Assembly (NCBI GenBank): GCA_964357605.1
Contig: CAYHLX010000006.1
Coordinates: 1-54,707 of the forward strand
Direction of reading: 5' to 3'
DNA length: 54,707 nucleotides
Source of the DNA: an uncultured Candidatus Saccharibacteria bacterium
Lineage (GTDB): Bacteria; Patescibacteriota; Minisyncoccia; Phycocordibacterales; PALSA-1337
Part shown: positions 1-9,747 of the stretch, piece after piece
Position numbering within the stretch: the first letter of the stretch is position 1
How the letters are laid out: every line of letters starts with the position of its first letter
Notes under the pieces: generated by a model
What the model saw: only the letters and a program-made list of their open reading frames with translations
Database searches by the model: none
Told to the model about the DNA's origin: nothing
Translations under genes and position numbers: made by a program

Positions 1-498
1 GGGAGCGGAATAGTAGGTGCCGTGTCCCAGGTCAAATCTGGCGGGGGGAGTGAGGGAAAGGTCATTACCATGCCAGACGACTTTAACACCGATACTCGCG
101 AGCATTTCGGTAATGCGAAAAACTTCTTCAATGCGTGGGGCATTTTTAATAATCGTCTTGCTTTTATTCAAAAGGGCCGCACACATGACCCCGATCGCCC
201 CGTTTTTTGAAGTTCGTACTTTTATTTTTCCTCTAAGTTTGTGTCCACCTTCAATTCTGAAGTTCAATGTACCTTTGGGGGCGAGAGTGACGATCTCCCG
301 ATTGAGTGCGGCACTGATTTTGGAAAGGGTTTCGGTGCTCAAGTTCTGCTCACCTTTTTCGATGCGCGCGACCACACTCTGGGTGGTACCGATTTTGTTT
401 GCGAGTTCGGTCTGAGTCATTCTCTGTTCTTCACGAATCTGGCTAATCATTTTGCCAATATTGGACGAAGGGCTAACCGTTTTGATGGTTTTTTTCAT
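1..498 (-). CDS. murA: UDP-N-acetylglucosamine 1-carboxyvinyltransferase with N-terminal XRE-family HTH (partial, runs off window start)
   Basis: Not in the ORF track; translated by hand from ATG at 498: MKKTIK...IREEQRMTQTELANKIGTTQSVVARIEKGEQNLSTETLSKIS (XRE HTH), then FRIEGGHKLRGKIKVRTSKNGA...NAPRIEEVFR (MurA N-terminus). Confidence 0.9.
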   Translation of the reverse strand, partial: MKKTIKTVSPSSNIGKMISQIREEQRMTQTELANKIGTTQSVVARIEKGEQNLSTETLSKISAALNREIVTLAPKGTLNFRIEGGHKLRGKIKVRTSKNGAIGVMCAALLNKSKTIIKNAPRIEEVFRITEMLASIGVKVVWHGNDLSLTPPARFDLGHGTYYSAP

Positions 499-505
499 AG
501 AAAAG

Positions 506-535
506 AGTATAGCATATACGCTATATATAATGCAA
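506..535 (-). promoter_or_regulatory. sigma70-type promoter of murA with overlapping palindrome (putative operator)
   Basis: Minus strand TTGCAT-18nt-TATACT-7nt-ATG; inverted repeat TATAGC-N6-GCTATA at 508-525. Confidence 0.65.
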
Positions 536-555
536 GAGTAAAAAATCATTGAAAA

Positions 556-564
556 TGTGGATAA
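556..564 (-). promoter_or_regulatory. DnaA box upstream of mreB
   Basis: TGTGGATAA is the exact reverse complement of consensus TTATCCACA. Confidence 0.5.
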
Positions 565-583
565 AAAAGCATATGATTGCCCT

Positions 584-1597
584 ATGTCATTTTTCGGTCA
601 AAAACTCGGGATAGATCTAGGGACGGCCAATACGTTGGTTTTTCTACCAGGTAAGGGAATTGTTCTGAATGAACCATCGGTAGTGGCGGTGTCTGAACAA
701 GATAAAAAGGTTTTGGCGGTGGGTAATGATGCTAAAGAGATGATTGGACGAACACCCGATAGTATTATTGCCTATCGACCGATGAAAGATGGGGTCATTG
801 CCGACTACCGCGTGACGGAAGCAATGCTTCGCTATTTTATAGACAAAGCGGTTGGTAAATGGAATATTTTTAAACCAGAAGTGATGGTCTCTGTTCCGGC
901 TGGGATTACTTCGACAGAAAGGCGAGCCGTGATAGAAGCAGCAATCCGGGCCGGGGCAAGGAATGCCTACGTGGTGAAAGAACCTATTCTAGCGGCGATT
1001 GGGGCGGGTATCCCTATCCATGAAGCCCGGGGACACATGGTGGTAGATATTGGAGGGGGAACGACTGATGTCGCGGTGATCTCTCTTGGTGGAATTGTGG
1101 CTTCTACTTCGGTTAAATGTGCTGGGAACAGAGTGGACGCGGCAATTGCGGATTATCTGAAGAAAACTTTTAACCTGGCGATCGGGGATAAAATGGCGGA
1201 GGATATCAAGATCAAGATTGGCTCGGCGATTCCTCTGGAACAAGAACTGGCGATGATGGTGAAGGGTCGGGACTTTATTACTGGTCTACCTCGCTCTACA
1301 GAACTCAAGACCAATGAAGTGGTGAAAGCGATTAGCAAGGAGCTCCGAGATATGATCAAAGCCATGAAGGATGTCTTGCAGGAGACTCCGCCAGAACTAG
1401 CCTCTGACATTATTGACTATGGAATTATCATGACTGGTGGCACGTCCATGCTCCGTAATTTTCCAGAATTAGTCTACCGTCGTACAGGAGTGAAAGCTAA
1501 GCTAGCTGACGATGCGCTATTTTGTGTGGTGAAGGGTACGGGTATAGCACTAGACCACCTATCTACTTACAAGAAGAGTATTATTTCAAAGAGGTAG
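584..1597 (+). CDS. mreB: Rod shape-determining protein MreB (paralog 1)
   Basis: GIDLGTANT, EPSVVA, DIGGGTTD, GIIMTGG motifs; ATG 584 chosen, 6 nt after TATGAT. Confidence 0.95.
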   Translation: MSFFGQKLGIDLGTANTLVFLPGKGIVLNEPSVVAVSEQDKKVLAVGNDAKEMIGRTPDSIIAYRPMKDGVIADYRVTEAMLRYFIDKAVGKWNIFKPEVMVSVPAGITSTERRAVIEAAIRAGARNAYVVKEPILAAIGAGIPIHEARGHMVVDIGGGTTDVAVISLGGIVASTSVKCAGNRVDAAIADYLKKTFNLAIGDKMAEDIKIKIGSAIPLEQELAMMVKGRDFITGLPRSTELKTNEVVKAISKELRDMIKAMKDVLQETPPELASDIIDYGIIMTGGTSMLRNFPELVYRRTGVKAKLADDALFCVVKGTGIALDHLSTYKKSIISKR

Positions 1598-1614
1598 TAT
1601 CGTATAATATCTCT

Positions 1615-2289
1615 ATGAATCCTTTCCAACACTTCCATCTACTGAATCACCACGCTTATTTTCTCCATTCTTTCAAAGACGCTATTTTTCACCTCAAGGA
1701 TCATCTAAAGGATAAATTTAAAATAAATCATACCGGTAATCCCGATTTTTATTATCAAAAGTTTGAAGTTTTAGGGATTGATGATAGTCGTCGGATCAAA
1801 GAGAATCATCTTTCCAAAGGTTTTGTGGAAGGGGGTAAAAGGATTTTTGTCATTGAATGTGATGGTATGACTCATGAAGCCCAGAATTCACTCCTCAAGA
1901 TTTTTGAAGAGCCTAATGAACATACTCATTTCTTTTTGCTTATGCCGTCTGTAGAAGTTCTTTTGCCAACTCTTCGCTCACGTCTTTTGGTGATTGAATT
2001 TGAAAGGGAAAATGAGAAGGAAAGTTTGATTGAGGTAGAGAAATTTTTAAAATTATCTAAAAAAGACAAAATCGCTTTTGTGGATGAATTGGCCGAAAAA
2101 ATAAGTGAGGAGAAGGCTACCAAGCATGAGGCCCAGATTTTCCTCTCTTCACTTGAGGCGGCAGTCTACAAAAATGGCTTGGAGAAGAACGCCAAAGCTC
2201 TCAAGGCTATTCTCAAGGCTCGTGACTACCTCAATGACCGCTCGGCTTCGGTGAAACAACTTTTGGAATACGTCGCTCTAAGTTTTTAG
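1615..2289 (+). CDS. holB: DNA polymerase III delta-prime subunit-like protein (short form)
   Basis: GIDDSRRIK, MTHEAQNSLLKIFEEP, LLPTLRSR motifs; ATG 1615 is 6 nt after TATAAT. Confidence 0.8.
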   Translation: MNPFQHFHLLNHHAYFLHSFKDAIFHLKDHLKDKFKINHTGNPDFYYQKFEVLGIDDSRRIKENHLSKGFVEGGKRIFVIECDGMTHEAQNSLLKIFEEPNEHTHFFLLMPSVEVLLPTLRSRLLVIEFERENEKESLIEVEKFLKLSKKDKIAFVDELAEKISEEKATKHEAQIFLSSLEAAVYKNGLEKNAKALKAILKARDYLNDRSASVKQLLEYVALSF

Positions 2290-2307
2290 TTGTGATATAA
2301 TTGATGT

Positions 2308-2400
2308 GCCAAGGGGTTATGGTAAGAACCGCATTTCGTGGTTCGACATGTTGCTTGGGGAGTTGGTGTTTGAAGCCATACACCACTCCCCAGGCTTTTT
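2308..2400 (+). ncRNA. Candidate ~90-nt small RNA with its own promoter and terminator
   Basis: TGaTATAAT at 2293-2301; hairpin GAACC/GGTTC (2326-2344); ~16-bp hairpin 2353-2395 followed by TTTTT; frr has a separate TATAAT downstream. Confidence 0.5.
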
Positions 2401-2422
2401 ATTTGTGTTATAATGACTATCT

Positions 2423-2974
2423 ATGGCTTACGACTTTAATAAATTTAAAAAAAGTATAGTTGGTGTGGAGGAATGGGTGAAAAAGGAATTTTTGGGAATT
2501 CGCACCGGACAGGCGAGCCCGGCTTTGTTAGATAGCATAAAAGTAGATTCCTACGGGGCTTTGGTGCCTATTTCTCAAGTAGGCAGTGTTCTAGGAGAAG
2601 GTCCACGGACCTTGCGCATTACCCCTTGGGATAATAGCCAGACTAAAGATATCGAGAAGGCGATCACTGTTGCTAACCTTGGTGTTTCTGTGGCGGTGGA
2701 TGACAAGGGTTTGAGGGTAAATTTTCCAGAATTAACGGCAGAAAGGAGAGCGCAGATTACCAAGATCGCTAAAGATAAATTAGAAGAAGGTAAGAAGCAA
2801 ATCCGTTCACATCGCGATGACATAATGAAGGATCTACAAGGTAAAGAGAAAGAGGGCTCTCTCGGAAAAGATGATGTCTTTAGACATAAGAACGAAGTCC
2901 AAAAAATGGTAGATGAGGCCAATAAAAAACTAGAGGAAATTTACTCAAAGAAAGAAAAAGAAATTCTGTCCTAA
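2423..2974 (+). CDS. frr: Ribosome recycling factor
   Basis: IRTGQASPALLD, FPELTAERR, KKEKEIL. Confidence 0.96.
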   Translation: MAYDFNKFKKSIVGVEEWVKKEFLGIRTGQASPALLDSIKVDSYGALVPISQVGSVLGEGPRTLRITPWDNSQTKDIEKAITVANLGVSVAVDDKGLRVNFPELTAERRAQITKIAKDKLEEGKKQIRSHRDDIMKDLQGKEKEGSLGKDDVFRHKNEVQKMVDEANKKLEEIYSKKEKEILS

Positions 2975-4053
2975 TGATTACCACAATTATTTTTATTGTA
3001 GTTTTAGCGGTACTTATTTTTGTTCATGAACTGGGGCATTTTCTCATGGCGAGAGCTTTTGGGATCAGGGTCGATGCCTTTGCTCTGGGTTTTGGTCCCA
3101 AAATTTTCTCTTGGAAGAGGGGTGAGACAACTTATTCTTTAAATCTCATTCCTTTTGGAGGCTATGTAAAAATCTTTGGTGAAAATCCTGACGATGCTTC
3201 TATTAGTGGGCCTGACAGCTCTAGGAGTTTTGTGAATAAGGCCAAATGGAAACAGGTCATTGTTTTGGCCGCTGGCGTGATTTTTAATTTTATTTTTGCT
3301 TGGATCGTAGTTTCTTTGGCTTTTGTTTCGGGTGTGGCGACTTCCGTAGATAGTTACCCCGAATATGCTGATAGAATGGGTGAAAGCCAGATCACTATAA
3401 CCTATATCGAAGCCCAGTCTCCGGCGGATCAGGCTGGATTAAAAGCGGGGGATGAGATTATTGGTTTTAATTCTGTCGAAGAGATACAAAAGATGGTGAA
3501 TGAAAGTGCTGATAAGGGAATTGCCATTTCCTACCGACGAACTGGAGTAGAAGAAGCAAAAACTATTGTCGCTAAAGAGGGGATTGTGGAAGGTAAATAC
3601 GCCATCGGTATCAATATGGACAATGTTTCTACTTTGCAACTACCGATTCACCTAGCTATTTACGAGGGTGGGAGGTTTACACTTCATATGATGAAACTCA
3701 TTACTATCGGATTCTATGACCTGATTGCGGGCATTTTTGATGGCAGCTCCAAACTCTCGGCTTTGACTGGTCCGATCGGGATTGCTGGTTTGGTAGGGGA
3801 TGCGGCGAAGATGGGCTTTACCTACCTTATGATGTTTACGGCAATGATCTCGATTAACCTTGGTATTTTAAATCTCGTGCCTTTTCCGGCACTCGATGGC
3901 GGACGAATACTTTTTGTGATTATTGAAGCCATTATTAGGAGACCGATCAAACCGGTAGTGGCTAATACTGTGAACGCCGTAGGCTTTGGTTTGCTCATCC
4001 TGCTCATGCTCGTGGTGACTTACAAAGACATTGTTAAGTTGTTTGTTAAATAG
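2974..4053 (+). CDS. rseP: Site-2 protease (RseP/M50) with PDZ domain
   Basis: HELGH zinc motif, GFGP, NLVPFPALDGGR. Confidence 0.93.
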   Translation: MITTIIFIVVLAVLIFVHELGHFLMARAFGIRVDAFALGFGPKIFSWKRGETTYSLNLIPFGGYVKIFGENPDDASISGPDSSRSFVNKAKWKQVIVLAAGVIFNFIFAWIVVSLAFVSGVATSVDSYPEYADRMGESQITITYIEAQSPADQAGLKAGDEIIGFNSVEEIQKMVNESADKGIAISYRRTGVEEAKTIVAKEGIVEGKYAIGINMDNVSTLQLPIHLAIYEGGRFTLHMMKLITIGFYDLIAGIFDGSSKLSALTGPIGIAGLVGDAAKMGFTYLMMFTAMISINLGILNLVPFPALDGGRILFVIIEAIIRRPIKPVVANTVNAVGFGLLILLMLVVTYKDIVKLFVK

Positions 4054-4077
4054 CTGATTTTAAGTTACGATATTCTC

Positions 4078-5319
4078 ATGCGACAATCACTACTTTTTAC
4101 CAAGACTCGTAAAGACGCTCCCAAAGATGAGATTTCCAAGAATGCGGAACTTCTCATTCGCGCGGGCTTTATTCACAAAGAGATGGCGGGAGTGTATTCG
4201 TACTTGCCTCTAGGATTGAGGGTTTTAAATAAAATTGTGCAGATTATTCGTGAAGAGATGAATATGATTGGTGGACAGGAACTTCATCTCACGGCTTTGC
4301 AAGATAAAAAAGTTTGGGAAGAGAGTGGAAGATGGGATGATACCACCGTTGATATATGGTTCAAAACTAAATTGAAAAATGACACGGAACTGGGACTAAG
4401 TTTTACTCACGAAGAACCTCTCACGAAACTGATGACAGAATACTTACGATCTTTTAGGGATTTTCCAGTTTATGTTTATCAATTCCAGACTAAGTTTAGA
4501 AATGAAACTCGAGCTAAAAGTGGTATCATGAGAGGTCGGGAATTCTTGATGAAGGATCTCTATTCTTTTTCTAGAACGACCGAGGAGCATGAGGAATTTT
4601 ATAAAAAAGCCAAAGAAGCTTATCTGAAAGTCTTTTCCCGGATTGGTCTAGGTGAGCAAACTTACCTTACTTTTGCTTCTGGGGGCTCTTTTTCCAAATA
4701 TTCGCATGAATTTCAAACGGTGACCGAGACGGGAGAGGATACGATTTTTATTGATGAAAAGAAGAAGCTCGCGATTAACAAAGAAGTTTTAAATGATGAA
4801 GTCTTGAAAGACCTGGGAGTGAGTAAGTCAGACTTGGTGGAAAAGAAAGCGGTAGAGGTTGGTAATATCTTTTCTTTGGGAACACGTTTTTCAGAAGTTT
4901 TTGAATTAAATTATACTGATGAAGGTGGCAATAAAAAACCCGTGATTATGGGTAGTTATGGTATTGGTCCGGGTCGGGCGATGGGTACGGTTGCAGAAAT
5001 TCTCTCCGACGATAAAGGCTTGGTTTGGCCAGAGTCCATTGCTCCATTTCAGATTCACCTCATTTCTCTTGAGGATAAGGAAGGAAAGGTTAAAAAAGAG
5101 GCCAATGAGCTTTATCAGAAACTAACAGAGAGTGGGACGGAAGTTTTGTTGGATGATCGAGATCTTCGAGCTGGAGAAAAATTTGCCGATAGCGATCTCA
5201 TCGGAATTCCTATTAGAGTGGTGATTAGTGAGAAGACTTTGGCGGAAAACAAACTTGAAGTAAAAGATAGAAAAACCGGAGAGGTAAAAATGGTGGACAT
5301 TTCTTCTTTTCGTGGCTAA
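4078..5319 (+). CDS. proS: Proline--tRNA ligase (short form without editing insert)
   Basis: QFQTKFRNETRAKSGIMRGREFLMKD, GSYGIGPGR, anticodon-binding domain. Confidence 0.95.
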   Translation: MRQSLLFTKTRKDAPKDEISKNAELLIRAGFIHKEMAGVYSYLPLGLRVLNKIVQIIREEMNMIGGQELHLTALQDKKVWEESGRWDDTTVDIWFKTKLKNDTELGLSFTHEEPLTKLMTEYLRSFRDFPVYVYQFQTKFRNETRAKSGIMRGREFLMKDLYSFSRTTEEHEEFYKKAKEAYLKVFSRIGLGEQTYLTFASGGSFSKYSHEFQTVTETGEDTIFIDEKKKLAINKEVLNDEVLKDLGVSKSDLVEKKAVEVGNIFSLGTRFSEVFELNYTDEGGNKKPVIMGSYGIGPGRAMGTVAEILSDDKGLVWPESIAPFQIHLISLEDKEGKVKKEANELYQKLTESGTEVLLDDRDLRAGEKFADSDLIGIPIRVVISEKTLAENKLEVKDRKTGEVKMVDISSFRG

Positions 5320-5362
5320 GTACAGGCATTTTTATAGCATTTTTACCGTAATATGGTAATGT

Positions 5363-6454
5363 ATGGCTATGTCTGAAATTTCTACCAAGAAAGGGTTTAA
5401 AGATTTGAAAGAGAAGGCTTATTCGTATCTTTCTAATGACATCGGTATTGATCTGGGTACAGCCAATACGTTAGTTTATCTGCGGGGTCATGGGATTGTC
5501 GTCAACGAACCCTCAGTGGTTGCGGTGAACCAAAAGACTGGTAGAGTTGTTGCCGTTGGCACCGAAGCCAAAAATATGTTGGGCCGAACCCCAGGACACA
5601 TTGTCGCTGTCCGCCCACTAGTGGATGGAGTCATTTCTGACTTTGAAGTGACAGAAGAGATGATTGCCTATCTTGTAAAGAAGGCCGAGGAATATTCAAA
5701 GAAAATGCTTGGCCCACGAGTGGTCGTGGGAGTTCCTTCTGGAGTTACCAATGTGGAGATTCGCGCTGTTCGTGACGCCACGAAGAATGCCGGAGCCAGA
5801 GAAGTCTATATCGTCGAAGAACCCATGGCCGGAGCTATCGGTATCCGCTTGCCAATCCATGAACCAGTCGGCAGTATGATTATAGATATCGGTGGAGGGA
5901 CAACTGATATCGCCATCATTTCTTTGGGTGGAATTATCAGATCAAAGAATTTAAGAGTGGCTGGTGATAAACTCAATAATGATATTATTTCCTATATCAG
6001 AAATGAATTTAAAATTTTAATCGGAGAAAAGACGTCTGAATATATCAAGATTGCGGTTGGAGCGGTCGTCCCAGGAGAATCACTGGAAACTACCATCCGT
6101 GGTCGAGACTTGATCACTGGTTTGCCGAGAGAGGTGGTGATTACTGATTCTGATATTCGTGAGGCCATGGCTAGTTCTATAGATAGTTTAACCGAGGCGG
6201 CTAAAGAGGTTTTAGAAACTACTCCTCCCGAAATTCTATCTGACGTGATGCATCGGGGAGTTCATCTAGTCGGAGGAGGGGCTTTGATTAAAGGGTTGGA
6301 CGGTTTACTTTCTTCTATACTTAAACTACCAGTCTACATTGCCGAAGATCCTCTGACGGCGATTGCTCGTGGCACTGGCATTATTTTAGAAGATTTGGAA
6401 AAATATAAAGATGTTCTAATACAAAACGAAGATGAGTTACGTTCTCAAAAGTAG
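5363..6454 (+). CDS. mreB: Rod shape-determining protein MreB (paralog 2, mre operon)
   Basis: GIDLGTANT, DIGGGTTD, VGGGAL; precedes mreC. Confidence 0.95.
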   Translation: MAMSEISTKKGFKDLKEKAYSYLSNDIGIDLGTANTLVYLRGHGIVVNEPSVVAVNQKTGRVVAVGTEAKNMLGRTPGHIVAVRPLVDGVISDFEVTEEMIAYLVKKAEEYSKKMLGPRVVVGVPSGVTNVEIRAVRDATKNAGAREVYIVEEPMAGAIGIRLPIHEPVGSMIIDIGGGTTDIAIISLGGIIRSKNLRVAGDKLNNDIISYIRNEFKILIGEKTSEYIKIAVGAVVPGESLETTIRGRDLITGLPREVVITDSDIREAMASSIDSLTEAAKEVLETTPPEILSDVMHRGVHLVGGGALIKGLDGLLSSILKLPVYIAEDPLTAIARGTGIILEDLEKYKDVLIQNEDELRSQK

Positions 6455-7229
6455 TCCCAGAGGTAAGGATCGCTTTCCTCTCTCTTTAAAAATTGCCCTA
6501 GCTATTTTGGCAATAGTGGTGATTCTGCATATCTTTTTTCCTACTTCTTTCTCTACTTTCTTTCTAAGTCTTGCTAGGCCATTTTGGAATTTAGAAAAAG
6601 AAGTGAAATATGGTGAGAATTTTGTAAATATTTCCGAGCTGATCAGTGAGAAAGAACAATTACAGAAAAAGCTGGCTGAAAACGAAGCTCGGTATTTGCA
6701 AGTAGATCTGATTTATAAAGAAAATTTGGAATTCAAAAAAATATTTGATAGAGAGAGGGAAGGGGATTTTGTGCTGGCTCAAGTTCTCAAAAAACCACCA
6801 TTTTCGGCTTATGATATTTTTGTTTTAGATATTGGCTCTAAACAAGAAGTGGAGATTGGGGATCGAATTTACGCTTCAGGATCTGTACCTCTAGGAGAGA
6901 TTGTAGAAGTCTCAACCAATATTTCTAAAGCTAAATTGTACTCCTCTTCAGGGGGAAAATATACGGTGCTCATTGGTGACAATCATATAGAAACTATTGC
7001 TACTGGTAAGGGAGGAGGTTCTTTTGAGGCTAGTGTTCCTCGGGATACAAAAATTTTAAAAGGTGACCACGTTATTATTCCATCTCTTTTTGATTCTTTT
7101 CTTGGAACAGTTCAAGATATTATTTCCATACCATCCAATCCTTTTTCAACCGTGCTTTTCAACCAGCCTTTGAATATTTATGAACTAAGATTTGTGGAAG
7201 TTGATACAGCTACTATTAAAGAAAAATAA
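6432..7229 (+). CDS. mreC: Rod shape-determining protein MreC
   Basis: N-terminal TM, coiled coil, LDIGSKQEVEIGD beta region; position after mreB. Confidence 0.85.
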   Translation: MSYVLKSSPRGKDRFPLSLKIALAILAIVVILHIFFPTSFSTFFLSLARPFWNLEKEVKYGENFVNISELISEKEQLQKKLAENEARYLQVDLIYKENLEFKKIFDREREGDFVLAQVLKKPPFSAYDIFVLDIGSKQEVEIGDRIYASGSVPLGEIVEVSTNISKAKLYSSSGGKYTVLIGDNHIETIATGKGGGSFEASVPRDTKILKGDHVIIPSLFDSFLGTVQDIISIPSNPFSTVLFNQPLNIYELRFVEVDTATIKEK

Positions 7230-7528
7230 TGTCATATTTTCATAAAAATCTATATTTGTTTCGCGCCATCTCGTTTTTTGTTATGCTCGCGTCAATTTTC
7301 TGGGGTTACTGGTGGATGGTCTGGATTTTCGCCATTATTTTTCTGATTATTTTTAAATTGTATTATGAAATCATCATTTGGGGAGTGATGTATGACTCTT
7401 TGTATGGGGCAATCGTACCTTTATTTTGGAATATTAATTTCACTTTTACCATTATTGGCTTTATACTTTTTTTCGGTTCTTTTTTCTTGAGAAAATATAT
7501 CCTTACATATGAGAAAAACATTTTTTAA
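7229..7528 (+). CDS. Small integral membrane protein in the MreD position
   Basis: Highly hydrophobic 99 aa, coupled between mreC and mrdA. Confidence 0.6.
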   Translation: MSYFHKNLYLFRAISFFVMLASIFWGYWWMVWIFAIIFLIIFKLYYEIIIWGVMYDSLYGAIVPLFWNINFTFTIIGFILFFGSFFLRKYILTYEKNIF

Positions 7529-9203
7529 AAATCTCCTAAGTACTAAAGGAAGAAACAGGGAAATCACTCCTGAAGAAATTTTCATGGATTCTAGTAATCT
7601 TCCTCAATTTGATACTAACCAGTTTGAGGGTCGGTTGGATAAACCAATTTCTAAAACTAGCTTGATCATTCTTCTTTTCTTTTTTATTTTTATTGCCGGA
7701 GTTTATACTACCAAGGCTTGGAATTTGCAGGTTAGAGATGGTGAGAGATATAAAGAAAGAAGTGAAAGTAATCGTCTAAGGCACACTCCATTTTTTGCCC
7801 CACGAGGAGTTATCTATGATAGGAACGGTGTAGAATTGTCATGGAATTCTCCTAGTGATGATCCCGACGTACCGTTTAGATCATATAAAGAAGATTCTGG
7901 TTTAGCTCATGTGATCGGTTATGTCCAGTATCCTTCCAAAGATAGTGCTGGGTTTTATTACCAAGAAGATTTTGAAGGAGTTGATGGTGTAGAAAAATAC
8001 TTCAACGATATTCTTCGTGGAGAAAATGGTCTCAAACTGATAGAAGTTAATGCTCAAGGTAAAATTCAATCTGGCAATATTGTTAAACCTCCCAAGTCTG
8101 GAGAAAATATCATTCTCTCCGTTGATTATCGTATACAATCAGAACTTCATAGAGTTATAAAGGGTATAGCAAATCGAGTCGGTTTTGAAGGTGGTGCTGG
8201 TGTTATCATGGATGTCAATACTGGTGAAATCATCGCCATGACTAGCTACCCAGAGTATAGTTCAGAAGTTATGTCTAGTAAGAAAGATACGTCGAAAGTC
8301 AAGTATTATCTTACAGATAAAGCCAAACCTTTTCTAGATCGTGCGGTTAACGGACTCTATGCTCCTGGTTCTATTATCAAACCATATGTGGCCTTAGCCG
8401 CTTTAAATGAAAATATTATAGATCCCAAGAAAAAGATTCAGAGTACTGGTTCTATCTCTATCCAAAATGAGTATGATCCAACCCTACAAACTATTTTTAG
8501 GGATTGGAAAGCTTTGGGTTGGGTTGATATGAGACAAGCCTTAGCCATGTCCTCTGACGTTTATTTTTACACTATTGGTGGGGGGTACAAAGATCAGAAA
8601 GGTTTGGGTATCGTGAATATTAACAAATATATGCAAATGTTTGGCTTTGGAAAAAAGATTGAAAATTCTTTCTTTTCTGGGGCGGCGGGAACAGTGCCTT
8701 CTCCTGAGTGGAAGAAAGCTAACTTTGGTGGAGAGACGTGGAGACTTGGAAACACTTATCATACAGCTATTGGTCAATATGGTTTTCAAACTTCTCCAAT
8801 CCAGATTGTCAAAGCTATCTCTGCGATAGCAACTAAAGGAGTTTTGCGTGATCCGACCATTGTGAAAGGCGAGAGTGGCCCGATTACGACCAATATTGAG
8901 ATTCCTGAATCTTACTTTAATATAATTCACGAAGGGATGAGGCTTGGTGTCACAGAAGGGACGGGTAAGGCTTTAAACGTTCCATATGTCACAGTGGCTA
9001 CGAAGACTGGTACAGCGGAGTTAGGAGTAGAAAAATCAAGTGTAAACTCCTGGGTTACTGGTTTCTTTCCTTATGAAAATCCTCGCTATGCTTTTGCGGT
9101 GGTAATGGAGAAGGGTTCAGTGCATAACCTAATTGGGGCGGCGGCGGTGATGAGAGAAGTTTTGGATTGGATGAGTACTAGTACTCCTGAGTATTTCAAA
9201 TAA
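7509..9203 (+). CDS. mrdA: Penicillin-binding protein 2 (class B transpeptidase)
   Basis: PGSIIK (SxxK), SSD (SxN variant), KTGT. Confidence 0.92.
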   Translation: MRKTFFKNLLSTKGRNREITPEEIFMDSSNLPQFDTNQFEGRLDKPISKTSLIILLFFFIFIAGVYTTKAWNLQVRDGERYKERSESNRLRHTPFFAPRGVIYDRNGVELSWNSPSDDPDVPFRSYKEDSGLAHVIGYVQYPSKDSAGFYYQEDFEGVDGVEKYFNDILRGENGLKLIEVNAQGKIQSGNIVKPPKSGENIILSVDYRIQSELHRVIKGIANRVGFEGGAGVIMDVNTGEIIAMTSYPEYSSEVMSSKKDTSKVKYYLTDKAKPFLDRAVNGLYAPGSIIKPYVALAALNENIIDPKKKIQSTGSISIQNEYDPTLQTIFRDWKALGWVDMRQALAMSSDVYFYTIGGGYKDQKGLGIVNINKYMQMFGFGKKIENSFFSGAAGTVPSPEWKKANFGGETWRLGNTYHTAIGQYGFQTSPIQIVKAISAIATKGVLRDPTIVKGESGPITTNIEIPESYFNIIHEGMRLGVTEGTGKALNVPYVTVATKTGTAELGVEKSSVNSWVTGFFPYENPRYAFAVVMEKGSVHNLIGAAAVMREVLDWMSTSTPEYFK

Positions 9204-9269
9204 CTTTGCATCAAAGCGGTATTTATGGTATCATACCACCACTATACATTTATATAATTAACTAACACC

Positions 9270-9737
9270 ATGAGCGATCTACCACAGTACCTTACAAAGG
9301 AAAAGATGCAGGAATTTAAAAAAGAACTTGATATCCTTAAGACAGAAAAGAGAAAAGAGATAGCTGAACATTTGGAGTACGCCAAAAAATTAGGAGATCT
9401 CTCTGAAAATGCAGAGTATCACGAAGCTCGTCAAGAACAGGCGGAAGTCGAGGATCGCATTAGTCGTTTGGAGCATATTTTAAAGAGCGCAGTAATTGTT
9501 GATGAACAACATGGAGATACGGTAAATATTGGCTCTACCGTTAAGGTTCAGAAAAACGGTGAAAAAGAGACTAAGACCTATAAAATTGTTGGTTCAGAAG
9601 AAGCAGACATGGCTCAGGGAAAGATTTCTAACCTTTCTCCTATTGGTTCAGCCATTATTGGCAAAAGAAAAGGAGACTCTTTTGACTTCTCGACTCCAAA
9701 AGGAAAAGTAAGTTATACTCTTATTAACATAGAATAA
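9270..9737 (+). CDS. greA: Transcription elongation factor GreA
   Basis: GDLSENAEY, ISNLSPIGSA. Confidence 0.96.
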   Translation: MSDLPQYLTKEKMQEFKKELDILKTEKRKEIAEHLEYAKKLGDLSENAEYHEARQEQAEVEDRISRLEHILKSAVIVDEQHGDTVNIGSTVKVQKNGEKETKTYKIVGSEEADMAQGKISNLSPIGSAIIGKRKGDSFDFSTPKGKVSYTLINIE

Positions 9738-9747
9738 TAGCTGTAAA

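Noticed and set aside
1-30. MurA translation at the window edge (LGHGTYYSAP) looks unlike MurA; possible chimeric contig end
   Set aside because: Too little sequence to distinguish divergence from an assembly artefact
17-552. Plus-strand ORFs 17-415, 22-210 and 241-552
   Set aside because: Shadows antisense to the murA gene
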